Source: a virus | Strand: one strand, 5' to 3' | Length of the DNA: 64,000 bases | Virus record (IMG/VR): IMGVR_UViG_3300023184_000029 | Location: 1-64,000 of that record | Part shown: one piece after another, positions 38,420-47,088 of the stretch | Position numbering within the stretch: position 1 is the stretch's first letter | How the letters are laid out: each line of letters opens with the position of its first letter | Made by a program: the position numbers and the translations under genes | The notes under the pieces: generated by a model | Told to the model about the DNA's origin: nothing | The model's input: only the letters and a program-made list of their open reading frames with translations | The model's database searches: none

Positions 38420-38944
38420 TTATAAGTCTATACAATTACATTCATATTTAAAACAATAACTACATTTTGGGCCGGGATCGGGATTTCCCCAAGCATTTGC
38501 ACGACCATCAAAACTTTCTTTCCCAGTATCAATGCAAACTACTTTAGACTTCCCTCGTCTTTTAATATATCCGATATTTGAATAATGACAATCCCAAAAT
38601 TTTAGTCTAGTTTTTAAAAAAATCTTATTAACTAGGTTCTGTATTCGTACGCTAGATACCACCCCATACGGTTGTTGTGCTAGTTCAGTAATATATCCCC
38701 ATTCGCTTTGTTCTGGAATATATCCTTCTATAGATTTAGCATACTGTAGCTTTATAGTTTTACTTATTACCTTGGGGGCCAAATCAAATATGGATAATTC
38801 ATACTGAATTTTTCTAGCATAGTCGGCTTTTTTCTTGGATGGAAATTCTTTAAAAGCTAAGTTATCATAATTTAATATCGGATATAATTGAGAGTATCCT
38901 CCCTCTTTAAACCAAGAGTCATTATCAATTAGATACTTAGCCAT
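38420..38944 (-). CDS. Minimal atypical protein-kinase-like protein
   Basis: EGGYSQLY (G-loop), AFKEF (Lys), LAPKV, ITELA (hinge), DCHYSN (catalytic loop), IDTG (DFG-like). Confidence 0.65.
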   Translation of the reverse strand: MAKYLIDNDSWFKEGGYSQLYPILNYDNLAFKEFPSKKKADYARKIQYELSIFDLAPKVISKTIKLQYAKSIEGYIPEQSEWGYITELAQQPYGVVSSVRIQNLVNKIFLKTRLKFWDCHYSNIGYIKRRGKSKVVCIDTGKESFDGRANAWGNPDPGPKCSYCFKYECNCIDL

Positions 38945-39290
38945 TATAATAATTTTCAGAAATTTTATTTCCAGAAAGATGTTCGACTAAACTTATTGCT
39001 TCTTGTAAAGAATCTGTACTAGTTATTCTTAATGAAGATTGTACAAAATCAATTTTAAACGAACCATAAATTGTATAGAATGGCTCACCAACAGCTTCAG
39101 TATCGTCCCAATAATCTTCTATGCTTTTAATACTCTCAACAACAGTACCACCCTCATAGTCACTAATCTCCCTTTCTGTCTCAATTTTATAAAGTCTAAG
39201 GTGAGATGAATTATTGCCAGTATTCAAACAATATCCTTGATAAAATCTATTTTTGGCTATCATACGATTTCCTATATAATGGAACAACAA
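38937..39290 (-). CDS. Hypothetical protein
   Basis: 117 aa ORF in operon. Confidence 0.6.
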   Translation of the reverse strand: MLFHYIGNRMIAKNRFYQGYCLNTGNNSSHLRLYKIETEREISDYEGGTVVESIKSIEDYWDDTEAVGEPFYTIYGSFKIDFVQSSLRITSTDSLQEAISLVEHLSGNKISENYYNG

Positions 39291-39534
39291 TATCTTGATT
39301 TATATAAGGATTATTCTGAATTCGCAAATCAAATAAATCATTATGCTTATTAGTTTTAGCCCAAGCAACTGGAGTCTCAAAAGACTTTCTATAACACTCT
39401 AGTTCTTTTTTGAGTTTTTTAAGTTCATCCTTAGCATTATTAACCCAAAAAATATCAGCACCACTTGACCAAGCAAAATCAATAAGAGTATCCAAAGGAT
39501 TAGAATTCTTTTCGTTATCAGAAGGCATCATCAT
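39247..39534 (-). CDS. Hypothetical protein
   Basis: 95 aa ORF in operon. Confidence 0.65.
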   Translation of the reverse strand: MMMPSDNEKNSNPLDTLIDFAWSSGADIFWVNNAKDELKKLKKELECYRKSFETPVAWAKTNKHNDLFDLRIQNNPYINQDIVVPLYRKSYDSQK

Positions 39535-39746
39535 ACAAAACCTATTCTTGTTTTATCACTAATTGTAACTTCTATTTCGTTTGGAGCAAAAGATTGAGTT
39601 GAGTATGAGCGACTATTCCACCATCCACACTCATATGTGATATTATTATCTCCATGAATATTAATACTAACAATTGTACCATAAACATCGTCTGCCAGTT
39701 TAACTTTGCTTCCGATCTTATATAGATCTAGAGAATTTTTTGTCAT
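39531..39746 (-). CDS. Small SH3/YodC-like protein
   Basis: KIGSKVKL...YECGWW pattern. Confidence 0.5.
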   Translation of the reverse strand: MTKNSLDLYKIGSKVKLADDVYGTIVSINIHGDNNITYECGWWNSRSYSTQSFAPNEIEVTISDKTRIGFV

Positions 39747-39789
39747 TTAAGAGTCTTTCTATGTTTAGCAGTAATTACTATTAACTAAA

Positions 39790-40058
39790 TAGGAGCGGTG
39801 GGATTCGAACCCACACTTGAAGGATTTTCTTACTACTATAGTTTTCACTACCCTTTCAGTTTGTAGTCTGGACTTTATCTTAACCATAACTTTCGTTTTA
39901 GGTTCCTGCCGTCAAGTCTCTACACCTTCATATTTCTATGCTTGGCTCGGTATTAGCAGTTAAGCCTTCACCGAATTTGACAGGTTCTACTTTAGAGATT
40001 TCTCTTTAAGCACTCAAATTGTATAAGTCCTTTGTCTCTGCCTTTGGACTACGCTCCC
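39790..40058 (-). tRNA. trnL: tRNA-Leu(UAA) interrupted by a group I intron (exons 40058-40025 and 39828-39790)
   Basis: Spliced cloverleaf: acceptor GGGAGCG/CGCTCCT+A, D stem GTC/GAC, anticodon AAGGA-CTTAAAA-TCCTT, T-arm GTGGG-TTCGAAT-CCCAC; CCA not encoded. Confidence 0.93.
39829..40024 (-). mobile_element. 196-nt group I intron (trnL/IC3-like), ORF-less
   Basis: Follows anticodon U, ends in G; P1 ACUU/GAGU with U.G; P3 CCUGUC/GGCAGG; P AAATTCGG, Q AATACCGAGCC, R GTGTAGAGACT, S AAGATAAAGTCC. Confidence 0.93.
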
Positions 40059-40155
40059 ATGATACTCCCAACCATACAAACCAGTGATTTGAGGTTAATT
40101 ATGCTGTTTGCTGCCTCTTATTTAGTTTGTATGATCGGAGAGTAATGGTTTTAAA

Positions 40156-40437
40156 TCAACCGTTCGTATGAGCCTTGAGGCGACGAACAATGTCTGCCAT
40201 AGCCTCAACATTATCAACCGTCTTAACAGGCTTCTGACGCTCCATAGCGGGAAGTTCAACACCCTTCTTAGACAGAGCCGCCTTTGTACGAGCATATCGT
40301 GCCATCGTACTAGCAATCTTCTGACCAGTCTTTGATGCAATCTCAGCATAAGTCTTGCTAGAAAAAACTGCCTCAAGAAACTGCTCATCAGAACAACGAA
40401 CACGGGTCTGCTTCTCAACACTAGTAACTTCAGCCAT
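40156..40437 (-). CDS. Small basic putative DNA-binding protein
   Basis: Start MAEVT at 40437 behind GGAGG; KTYAEIASKTGQ HTH-like segment. Confidence 0.7.
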   Translation of the reverse strand: MAEVTSVEKQTRVRCSDEQFLEAVFSSKTYAEIASKTGQKIASTMARYARTKAALSKKGVELPAMERQKPVKTVDNVEAMADIVRRLKAHTNG

Positions 40438-40517
40438 AATAATCCTCCAAATTCTTAACCAATCTTTCAACTTGAGACTCAACCACATAGTTGATATTAT
40501 CTCACGTTGTCCTTTTG

Positions 40518-40546
40518 ATTGTACAACACCTTATCGGCATTGTCAA
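40518..40546 (-). promoter_or_regulatory. Sigma70 promoter with CCGAT spacer motif
   Basis: TTGACA-ATGCCGATAAGGTGTTG-TACAAT. Confidence 0.8.
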
Positions 40547-40679
40547 TGGGTATCCTTGATTTTTTTTCGGTTCTGTCAGAATTATTTGCAAATCTTTTTT
40601 AAAAGAACGGAGCAACCTAACTGCTCTCTCAATTTTTAAAAACTTGTCCTATAAAGGCAGATTAGAGTCCTATTGTCGA

Positions 40680-40865
40680 TTAGTCCTCAGTTGGTAGCAC
40701 CAGTGCCAATAATAGATAAATCCATAACAGAATACTACCGCTAAAAATAGTTCCTAAAACAAAGCCAATCCTAATCAAAGATACATCTATTCCGGTGGAT
40801 TCAGACAAGCCACCACAAACCCCTAAAAAGGTTCTGTTTTTATTGCTTTTATGAAACTTGCTCAT
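40680..40865 (-). CDS. PspC-domain membrane protein
   Basis: NRTFLGVCGGLSE..GID..LIR...LWIYLLLALVLP. Confidence 0.9.
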   Translation of the reverse strand: MSKFHKSNKNRTFLGVCGGLSESTGIDVSLIRIGFVLGTIFSGSILLWIYLLLALVLPTED

Positions 40866-40879
40866 AAGTAAATCCTTTA

Positions 40880-41179
40880 TTAAGTATTATTTTCTTTTGG
40901 GGAGTGCAGAGTAATTTTAATTATTAAATATCCATCTCTATTACTCTCAATATTTTGTATTGATTTAATTTGTCCTTTACCCAAAAAAGAATCTCCAACC
41001 AATAAAAACGGACCACCATCTAGATTAGCTGAAGTTATAACAGAAGGATCATTTTGACAACCAAATCTAGCCCACTCACTTTCTCCTTCTACCAAATATT
41101 CTCTTTCGCCTATTTGTGTGATTATTCTGGTATTTTTACCCTTATTAGACTGAGTACACCGGCTCATTAAAAGCCTCAC
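40880..41179 (-). CDS. Hypothetical protein
   Basis: 99 aa ORF in operon. Confidence 0.6.
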   Translation of the reverse strand: MRLLMSRCTQSNKGKNTRIITQIGEREYLVEGESEWARFGCQNDPSVITSANLDGGPFLLVGDSFLGKGQIKSIQNIESNRDGYLIIKITLHSPKENNT

Positions 41180-41360
41180 TGTGAAGCATATAACCTTCGT
41201 TATTTTCTGACGTTAGGCCATTAAGAACGTCTTTTAGTCTATCATTTTCAGTTTCAAGCATACTTATGATATTTTTTGCTTGGTCTAGAGCAAGCTGTAG
41301 ATGTTTAACTTTATTAGCAAGTTCATCAGCAACATAACTGTTCATACTCTTGACTACCAT
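41145..41360 (-). CDS. Small coiled-coil protein
   Basis: ACAGGAGG RBS; heptad pattern. Confidence 0.7.
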   Translation of the reverse strand: MVVKSMNSYVADELANKVKHLQLALDQAKNIISMLETENDRLKDVLNGLTSENNEGYMLHSEAFNEPVYSV

Positions 41361-41400
41361 AGTAACCTCCTGTGGTAAATGGCTAACAAAATATACACCA

Positions 41401-41685
41401 TTATAAATTTAGATTAAGTCTGTACAAAAAGTTTTTTAAATCCAAAAGTTGTTTATTATCTAAGAATATTTGATCAGCATAAGGCTTTTTATGAACTAAA
41501 ACCCGATAACAATATCTTAAACGCTGCCAAAATGACATTTTGCTTCTATATGATGTTAAATTTTCATAAATAGCAAAATCAGCAGCCTCAATTTCATGAT
41601 CATATTCAATAACTAAAATTTCACTTCTACAACCACAAGGAATAAAAATAGTCTTATTTTCTTTTAGATTTGTTACGCTTCCCAT
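41401..41685 (-). CDS. Hypothetical protein
   Basis: 94 aa ORF, CGC motif. Confidence 0.65.
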   Translation of the reverse strand: MGSVTNLKENKTIFIPCGCRSEILVIEYDHEIEAADFAIYENLTSYRSKMSFWQRLRYCYRVLVHKKPYADQIFLDNKQLLDLKNFLYRLNLNL

Positions 41686-41782
41686 GTTTCTTCTTTCTAA
41701 AAATTCTTTCGTAATTTTTGTCCCAAGTATCTTGGGAGACTAAACTAACTCGTCTTTTAGAACCTTTGCCGTTTTGGCTCAT
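41654..41782 (-). CDS. 42-aa basic peptide (not in ORF track)
   Basis: MSQNGKGSKRRVSLVSQDTWDKNYERIFRKKKHGKRNKSKRK fills the gap after the HNH gene. Confidence 0.6.
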   Translation of the reverse strand: MSQNGKGSKRRVSLVSQDTWDKNYERIFRKKKHGKRNKSKRK

Positions 41783-41783
41783 G

Positions 41784-42404
41784 TTAGTACTTTCCAGACT
41801 TCTTGAGGTTATCTATTGCCCATAGCGGTTGTAAATTTGTATAATGAAAACAAATTTTTTGTTGCTCTATATCATTTAAATCAAAACTACAACATGGCTT
41901 GATATGATCTATATGCCACTCTCCAAAATTATCCCAACTCATACCAACTGTGAACTGACTCTCTAAATATAGTTTAAGATGTTCCCAAGAGCAACCCGTT
42001 AAGTCATAAGCAGTGCTATTTTTTGAACCTCTAGACAAAGCCATCCTAATACGATTACTAATAATAGTTCTTAGTCTAAAATTAATATTATTTTTTCTTT
42101 TTTGTCGTCGTTTTTTATTTATTTTTTCTCGATATTTTGCTCTATACTTCTTAGCGTTTACAGCAACTTTATCTGGATTTTCTTTCCCCCATTGTTTTCT
42201 ACTTTTATTTAAATATTCTCTATTCTTAGATCTATATTCCTGTTGTTGTTTTTTAATTTTCTTTTTATTTTTTTGTCTTCGTATAAGATTATATTCTTTA
42301 TGACAAGACTTACAATAGGGAGATTTTCCATCCTTTGATGCTTTTTGATTGTGAAAACTAACTAACTCTTGTTCTTTTTTGCATTTTATACATTGTTTTT
42401 TCAT
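41784..42404 (-). CDS. HNH homing-type endonuclease with N-terminal Zn finger
   Basis: CIKC..CKSC; WHIDHIKPC..FDL...CFHYTNLQPLWAIDN; likely start MKKQC at 42404. Confidence 0.85.
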   Translation of the reverse strand: MKKQCIKCKKEQELVSFHNQKASKDGKSPYCKSCHKEYNLIRRQKNKKKIKKQQQEYRSKNREYLNKSRKQWGKENPDKVAVNAKKYRAKYREKINKKRRQKRKNNINFRLRTIISNRIRMALSRGSKNSTAYDLTGCSWEHLKLYLESQFTVGMSWDNFGEWHIDHIKPCCSFDLNDIEQQKICFHYTNLQPLWAIDNLKKSGKY

Positions 42405-42444
42405 AGTGTATACCTTTTCGCTTATTGTATACACCAAAAGTTAA

Positions 42445-43164
42445 CTAATCTTCAAAAACATACGACCAATATCTAGAATCAGTCTTGTTTTGTTTTGCGT
42501 CCCAAAAAATACACCTAGCAATATACAAGGGAACATTAAGTTTTCCACAATTAATACTCCAGTGTCTTTCCATTTTCTTATACAAAGACAATCCAGTTTT
42601 ACTCTGATATGTAAGGGTTTTCATACCGTACAATTCAAGCATATGAGTATCCCCACAAAACACTCTACATTCATTAGGATGAATTTGTTCCAAAGAAAAC
42701 GAAATTTTGGCAGAACCTAGTCCGCTAATCTTGTCTACGATACTATCTCTCTTTTTTACATGACCTTTCTTGGCTGTAAAATAGAAATCTTTAGGGTTAG
42801 CCCAAAATTGGTCTTTGAAAGCCCAAATAAACTTTGTTCTATTATTATAAAGTCCACAACCACTATTCTTAATTTTCTCTCTTAGAGTCTCCTTGTTATC
42901 CATCCAATCGCTAAAATTTTTGATAGCATTATACCCATTAACATTTGATTTCCATGTTGTATGGACGCTCATAAAACTGAACAGATAGCGGCGGAAAATA
43001 TCATCATGATTTTGTGGACGAACACTCTCCCAATAATCTTTATAGGCAACTACCTTATCCTTGGGAAAATTCTTAAAAAACTCGTCTGCCTTAGACGTAC
43101 TCATTACAACAGGTTTCTTCTCAATAACTACTTCTGTCATGGTTTCTCCAATGTTTGATTCCAA
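42445..43164 (-). CDS. HhH-GPD DNA glycosylase (Ogg-like)
   Basis: HhH ISGLGSAKIS and downstream CGDTHM Asp. Confidence 0.65.
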   Translation of the reverse strand: MESNIGETMTEVVIEKKPVVMSTSKADEFFKNFPKDKVVAYKDYWESVRPQNHDDIFRRYLFSFMSVHTTWKSNVNGYNAIKNFSDWMDNKETLREKIKNSGCGLYNNRTKFIWAFKDQFWANPKDFYFTAKKGHVKKRDSIVDKISGLGSAKISFSLEQIHPNECRVFCGDTHMLELYGMKTLTYQSKTGLSLYKKMERHWSINCGKLNVPLYIARCIFWDAKQNKTDSRYWSYVFED

Positions 43165-43177
43165 AGTGTATGCTCCG

Positions 43178-43206
43178 ATTCTACACTAGTGTTATCGTCT
43201 TGTCAA
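43178..43206 (-). promoter_or_regulatory. Sigma70 promoter with CGAT spacer motif
   Basis: TTGACA-AGACGATAACACTAGTG-TAGAAT. Confidence 0.8.
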
Positions 43207-43279
43207 TCGGTAAACTGTAATATTTCTAATTAAGTGTATAATTATTATATAACCTTTTTAATAGGGAGACTTTAAAATA

Positions 43280-43807
43280 ATGATTATTCTGTATTTTATA
43301 TTAGCAATATTGATTGCAGATTTATTAACTGGTATATTTCATTGGTGGGAAGATAGATATGGTAATCCAGATTGGCCAATTATAGGAAAATATATTATAC
43401 AACCTAATATTAGACATCACAAAAATCCAATGTTATTTTGTAGGGGTAATTACTGGCAGAGAAATTGGACAACAATCACTCCTACTTTAATACTTTCTGG
43501 TATATTTTATATAATAAGTTATTATTTTTTTTCTTTAGTATTTTTATTGGCTTCTCAAAGCAATGAAATACATTGTTGGGAACATACTAAAACTAATAGA
43601 TTAATCAGATTTTTACAGAATTACAACATATTACAGAATAAAAAAACACATTCACTACATCATAAGCGCCCCTATGATACTAATTATTGTGTTATGACTA
43701 TGATTGTAAATCCTATACTTAATAGTTTTTCTTTTTGGTATTATCTAGAAAAATTTATCTTTCTAATTTCTGGCATTAAACCAAGAAAAGAAAGAGAAAT
43801 ATACTAG
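43280..43807 (+). CDS. CarF/TMEM189 (FAD4-like) membrane lipid desaturase
   Basis: ADLLTGIFHWWEDRYG, RHH, NEIHCWEH, HSLHH..PYDTNYC; 8 His; TM segments; GGGAG RBS. Confidence 0.85.
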   Translation: MIILYFILAILIADLLTGIFHWWEDRYGNPDWPIIGKYIIQPNIRHHKNPMLFCRGNYWQRNWTTITPTLILSGIFYIISYYFFSLVFLLASQSNEIHCWEHTKTNRLIRFLQNYNILQNKKTHSLHHKRPYDTNYCVMTMIVNPILNSFSFWYYLEKFIFLISGIKPRKEREIY

Positions 43808-43886
43808 CTATATCGGCTTGTCAAGAACCTCTACTTTAGGTTTTATCCAATTTTTGAAAACCTCATTGCAATATAGCTTCAATATA

Positions 43887-44444
43887 TTATTGAATTGCAA
43901 AATCTCCCTCGTTTGAGAGAAAAATTATTCTACTATTATTTTGTTTGACAAATTCATCAACTGCTGGAATAACACTAAAACTAGGATGATTAATATAATC
44001 GTGTCCACATATTAATCCTGTCTTTTTTAATTTTGGAAAATACATATTCAAATCAGCTTTGACACATTCATATATATGAGTAGCATCAATATAAATAAAA
44101 TCAAAATATTGATCTGAAAAATCATTTACAACATCATAAGAAAATCCCTTTTTTAAGATTATTTTTTCATCAATTATGTGTTGTTTAAATAATTGAGATA
44201 CTTTTAAGTATTCATTATTCGTACTATATGCTGTATTTAAATGAGATAATGGTCCACTATATGTTTTTTGATCAGTATTTTTATCACTACTAACTTCCCA
44301 AGGATCTACTAAGTATAATTTTGTTGGGTTTAGAATTTCATATATTTTTTGTGCAAAAAATCCATCATAAACTCCTATTTCTATACAAATAGGGTTTTCC
44401 GGTAATTGTTTAGCAACATTTTTTAAAAATTGAATTCTATTCAT
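43887..44444 (-). CDS. Class I SAM-dependent methyltransferase
   Basis: IEIGVYDG, LVDPW, FDFIYIDATH.YE, GLICGHDY. Confidence 0.9.
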   Translation of the reverse strand: MNRIQFLKNVAKQLPENPICIEIGVYDGFFAQKIYEILNPTKLYLVDPWEVSSDKNTDQKTYSGPLSHLNTAYSTNNEYLKVSQLFKQHIIDEKIILKKGFSYDVVNDFSDQYFDFIYIDATHIYECVKADLNMYFPKLKKTGLICGHDYINHPSFSVIPAVDEFVKQNNSRIIFLSNEGDFAIQ

Positions 44445-44512
44445 TATATTTCTCTATTATTTCCAGTTTCTTAAAGAAGATTAATTATCTCTATAATCAT
44501 TATTAATTAGCT

Positions 44513-44800
44513 CTAATCAAAAGGACAGGAATTTGGATCGCCCCCATCTTCTATAAATTTAGATAGTTCTTTAGCATAATTCTCGCCAACCATATGTCCT
44601 GTTTTAGATTTTGCTGATTGAATTTGTTGTTTTTTTTGTATCTTTAATTGTTTCTTTATGTCTTTTTCTTTCTTTTTTTGCTCTTTTGTGGAATCCAAAG
44701 CACCAACTCTTTTGGCCTCCTGCAAACCATATTCTTGGATAATTCTACGATTTCTACGTTGATCTGCCCATCTTCTAGATTTAGTAGGACGATATTTCAT
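44513..44800 (-). CDS. Basic hypothetical protein
   Basis: 95 aa K/R/Q-rich ORF. Confidence 0.6.
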   Translation of the reverse strand: MKYRPTKSRRWADQRRNRRIIQEYGLQEAKRVGALDSTKEQKKKEKDIKKQLKIQKKQQIQSAKSKTGHMVGENYAKELSKFIEDGGDPNSCPFD

Positions 44801-46113
44801 TATACCACCCTAGACTCACCATGTAATATTTTAAAAGTAGGAAATCTCAAACTAATCCCACCCTCTTGGTTGTTGCTCTCAGCAAAATACTGAACAGTTA
44901 TGATTTTTCCAAGAATCTTTTTTGGATGTTTATAAAAGTCTTGACGCTGCTCAATAGTAAAGCCAGACCCTACTCTAACATCATAATTTTTATGCTTAAT
45001 AGTAACACAACTTAGCATGGTTTCCTCATGCTCTTTTCCATTAAGAACATATCGGAATGGACCCATTTCAGTATCAACTACTTCATACTCATCATCAAAA
45101 AACTTTTTAACTTTGAGTAGGTCTTTGGATCGCTTACCTTTATATGGTTCGTCTGCTCGTAGCATAACTCCTTCCCAACCATAATCGGAGGCTTCTTTAA
45201 CCCACTCTTGAAAATGCTCATCATTATGAATCAATTCTTGTTCAAGGAGGGTGAGACATGGACATTCATTCTTAGTCATAATCTCTGTCAAATTTGCCAA
45301 ACGAATAGAATAAGGACGATTCTTCTCGCCTTTCTTACTATAGAACTCATCGTGACTAATCATATCAAAAATCTTAAAAGATGGATTAGGAATAGTATGA
45401 TCCTTCTTTTTCAGTTGTTTCATAATCCCTTGAAAATCCTCATTGCCATCTTCATCAACTAGACAAAGTTCTCCATCCAAGACTACATTAGTAATACCCA
45501 AAGCCTTAATACCGCCCCTAACAATATCCAAAGTCTCAAACTCTTTTCCCGTGCGGGAATAGAAGGTAGTATCGCCATTAGCATCAACAATAGCAACACA
45601 TCTAGCACCGTCAATCTTTCTGCTAACATACCATCCATCCTTCCAGTCAACAATTTTAGGCTCGTATTTATCAGCAAGAGCCACACTAAACTCTGGAATA
45701 TGATCTGAGATTGCTTTATTTATAATCTTATCCCCAGCACGGGTTTTCAAGTCCTTGTCAATAATACAGTGAATCAGTTCCTCGTATTCTGAATAATGTT
45801 CAATAAAACTATTAACAGCAGATATAGCATCATGCCCGGTAATCTGTCTGCTTTTAAGAGCATCAAGAAGATCAAAGAAGTTTTTATATTCATTCTTTCT
45901 GGCTACAAGATGATTCTTCTTCTTGAGATTGTCGCTAGTGACATTGTATTGCCACAACGGATGATAGGTATACAATAGAATATTCTTCGTAAAACTAGCA
46001 GCGGCACTGCTATGATTACAATAGTCCTCAATAATACTCTGCTTATCAATAGTGCTGCTGGTGGCTCTAAGATCACGAACCATTCCCCAAACATAATCAA
46101 AATCGTGAATCAT
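44800..46113 (-). CDS. ATP-dependent DNA ligase
   Basis: KIDGAR (motif I), LDGEL, FKIFDMI, EGVMLR, LLKVK, RVGSGFT, SLRFP. Confidence 0.95.
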   Translation of the reverse strand: MIHDFDYVWGMVRDLRATSSTIDKQSIIEDYCNHSSAAASFTKNILLYTYHPLWQYNVTSDNLKKKNHLVARKNEYKNFFDLLDALKSRQITGHDAISAVNSFIEHYSEYEELIHCIIDKDLKTRAGDKIINKAISDHIPEFSVALADKYEPKIVDWKDGWYVSRKIDGARCVAIVDANGDTTFYSRTGKEFETLDIVRGGIKALGITNVVLDGELCLVDEDGNEDFQGIMKQLKKKDHTIPNPSFKIFDMISHDEFYSKKGEKNRPYSIRLANLTEIMTKNECPCLTLLEQELIHNDEHFQEWVKEASDYGWEGVMLRADEPYKGKRSKDLLKVKKFFDDEYEVVDTEMGPFRYVLNGKEHEETMLSCVTIKHKNYDVRVGSGFTIEQRQDFYKHPKKILGKIITVQYFAESNNQEGGISLRFPTFKILHGESRVV

Positions 46114-46137
46114 CTTTTTTCTCCTGTGTGTTCCAAC

Positions 46138-46166
46138 ATCATATCACAACACAACCCTCTTGTCAA
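46138..46166 (-). promoter_or_regulatory. Sigma70 promoter
   Basis: TTGACA-17 bp-TATGAT, then CACAGGAG RBS. Confidence 0.7.
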
Positions 46167-46378
46167 GTATCGTCTAATCTTTGCCGTTTCTTGAACACAA
46201 TCGCCATATATTGTACCAGATCGCTTCCAGAAGTTTGAAACCAACAAGGGAATATAGCATGAACTATTAGACATAAACCAGCAACCAAACAAACAAATCC
46301 ATAGAAAATAGCAAATTTTAAATGCTGATAATAAGTCATATGATTTTCTATTAGATGTTGTTTAATTCTGTTTTTCAT
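46163..46378 (-). CDS. Small membrane protein
   Basis: HL.E..MTYYQHLKFA...IVHAIFPCWF. Confidence 0.7.
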   Translation of the reverse strand: MKNRIKQHLIENHMTYYQHLKFAIFYGFVCLVAGLCLIVHAIFPCWFQTSGSDLVQYMAIVFKKRQRLDDT

Positions 46379-46719
46379 TTATCCTTGGACCTTGAAAGAA
46401 AATAGTTCATAGCATTAACAATTCCTTGTAAATTATCTCCTAATTTTCCTATACCGGTATTACAACGATCACAGACCCAACCCCTAAAACTATCATTACC
46501 ATGATCGTGATCTAATACCCATTTAATAGGTATTTTTTTACAACACTCACAAAACTCTGGTCTAGGTGGTGCTATTTTATGAAGACCACTTCTTACCTTG
46601 GAGTGTTTCTTTACGCACTTTTTACATCTAGTATCCAGATTATCTTTGTACATACTGTGTTTAGGGAAACTTCCCTTGTTTTTTCTTTTGCCACAATATG
46701 TACAAATTTTTCTACTCAT
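46375..46719 (-). CDS. Recombination endonuclease VII-like nuclease
   Basis: LDHDH...RGWVCDRCNTGIGKLGDN. Confidence 0.85.
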   Translation of the reverse strand: MSRKICTYCGKRKNKGSFPKHSMYKDNLDTRCKKCVKKHSKVRSGLHKIAPPRPEFCECCKKIPIKWVLDHDHGNDSFRGWVCDRCNTGIGKLGDNLQGIVNAMNYFLSRSKDK

Positions 46720-46725
46720 ATTAAG

Positions 46726-47079
46726 TGGAGGCGATGGGAGTCGAACCCATTTGCTGCGATATTTCTAATTACATCTTCTACAAGTTTATTTCGTTATTTA
46801 TCAGACCAATTAAACTTTAACGAACAAAATTTTAATTAGACTTTTCAACCTATTATTCTCAATCAAAGCAAGTTGACCACTCTGATCCAGCAGGATTTTA
46901 CGACAATCTTTTGGACGCTCCCTGCATCGCTTCCTAAGATTGTTGCTACTATTTATTAAGCAGCAAGGGCTAACTGATTTACGCCAGTTAAGCGTTTAAT
47001 CTGGTTTTAAAGTAGCCACCAGATCAACTACTACTTGCTAATATAATCTTCTTTATCCAGTCGATACCGTTACGCCCCC
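46726..47079 (-). ncRNA. ssrA: tmRNA, tag (A)GVNQLALAA
   Basis: 5' GGGGGCG...TCGAC; 3' GGGTTCGACTCCCATCGCCTCCA with G3.U pair; tag frame 46985-46956 GGC GTA AAT CAG TTA GCC CTT GCT GCT TAA TAA. Confidence 0.96.
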
Positions 47080-47088
47080 TATATAAAA

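Noticed and set aside
40122-40421. Alternative-frame 99-aa ORF over the basic DNA-binding gene
   Set aside because: The MAEVT frame has the GGAGG RBS, the promoter and plausible composition; this frame has none
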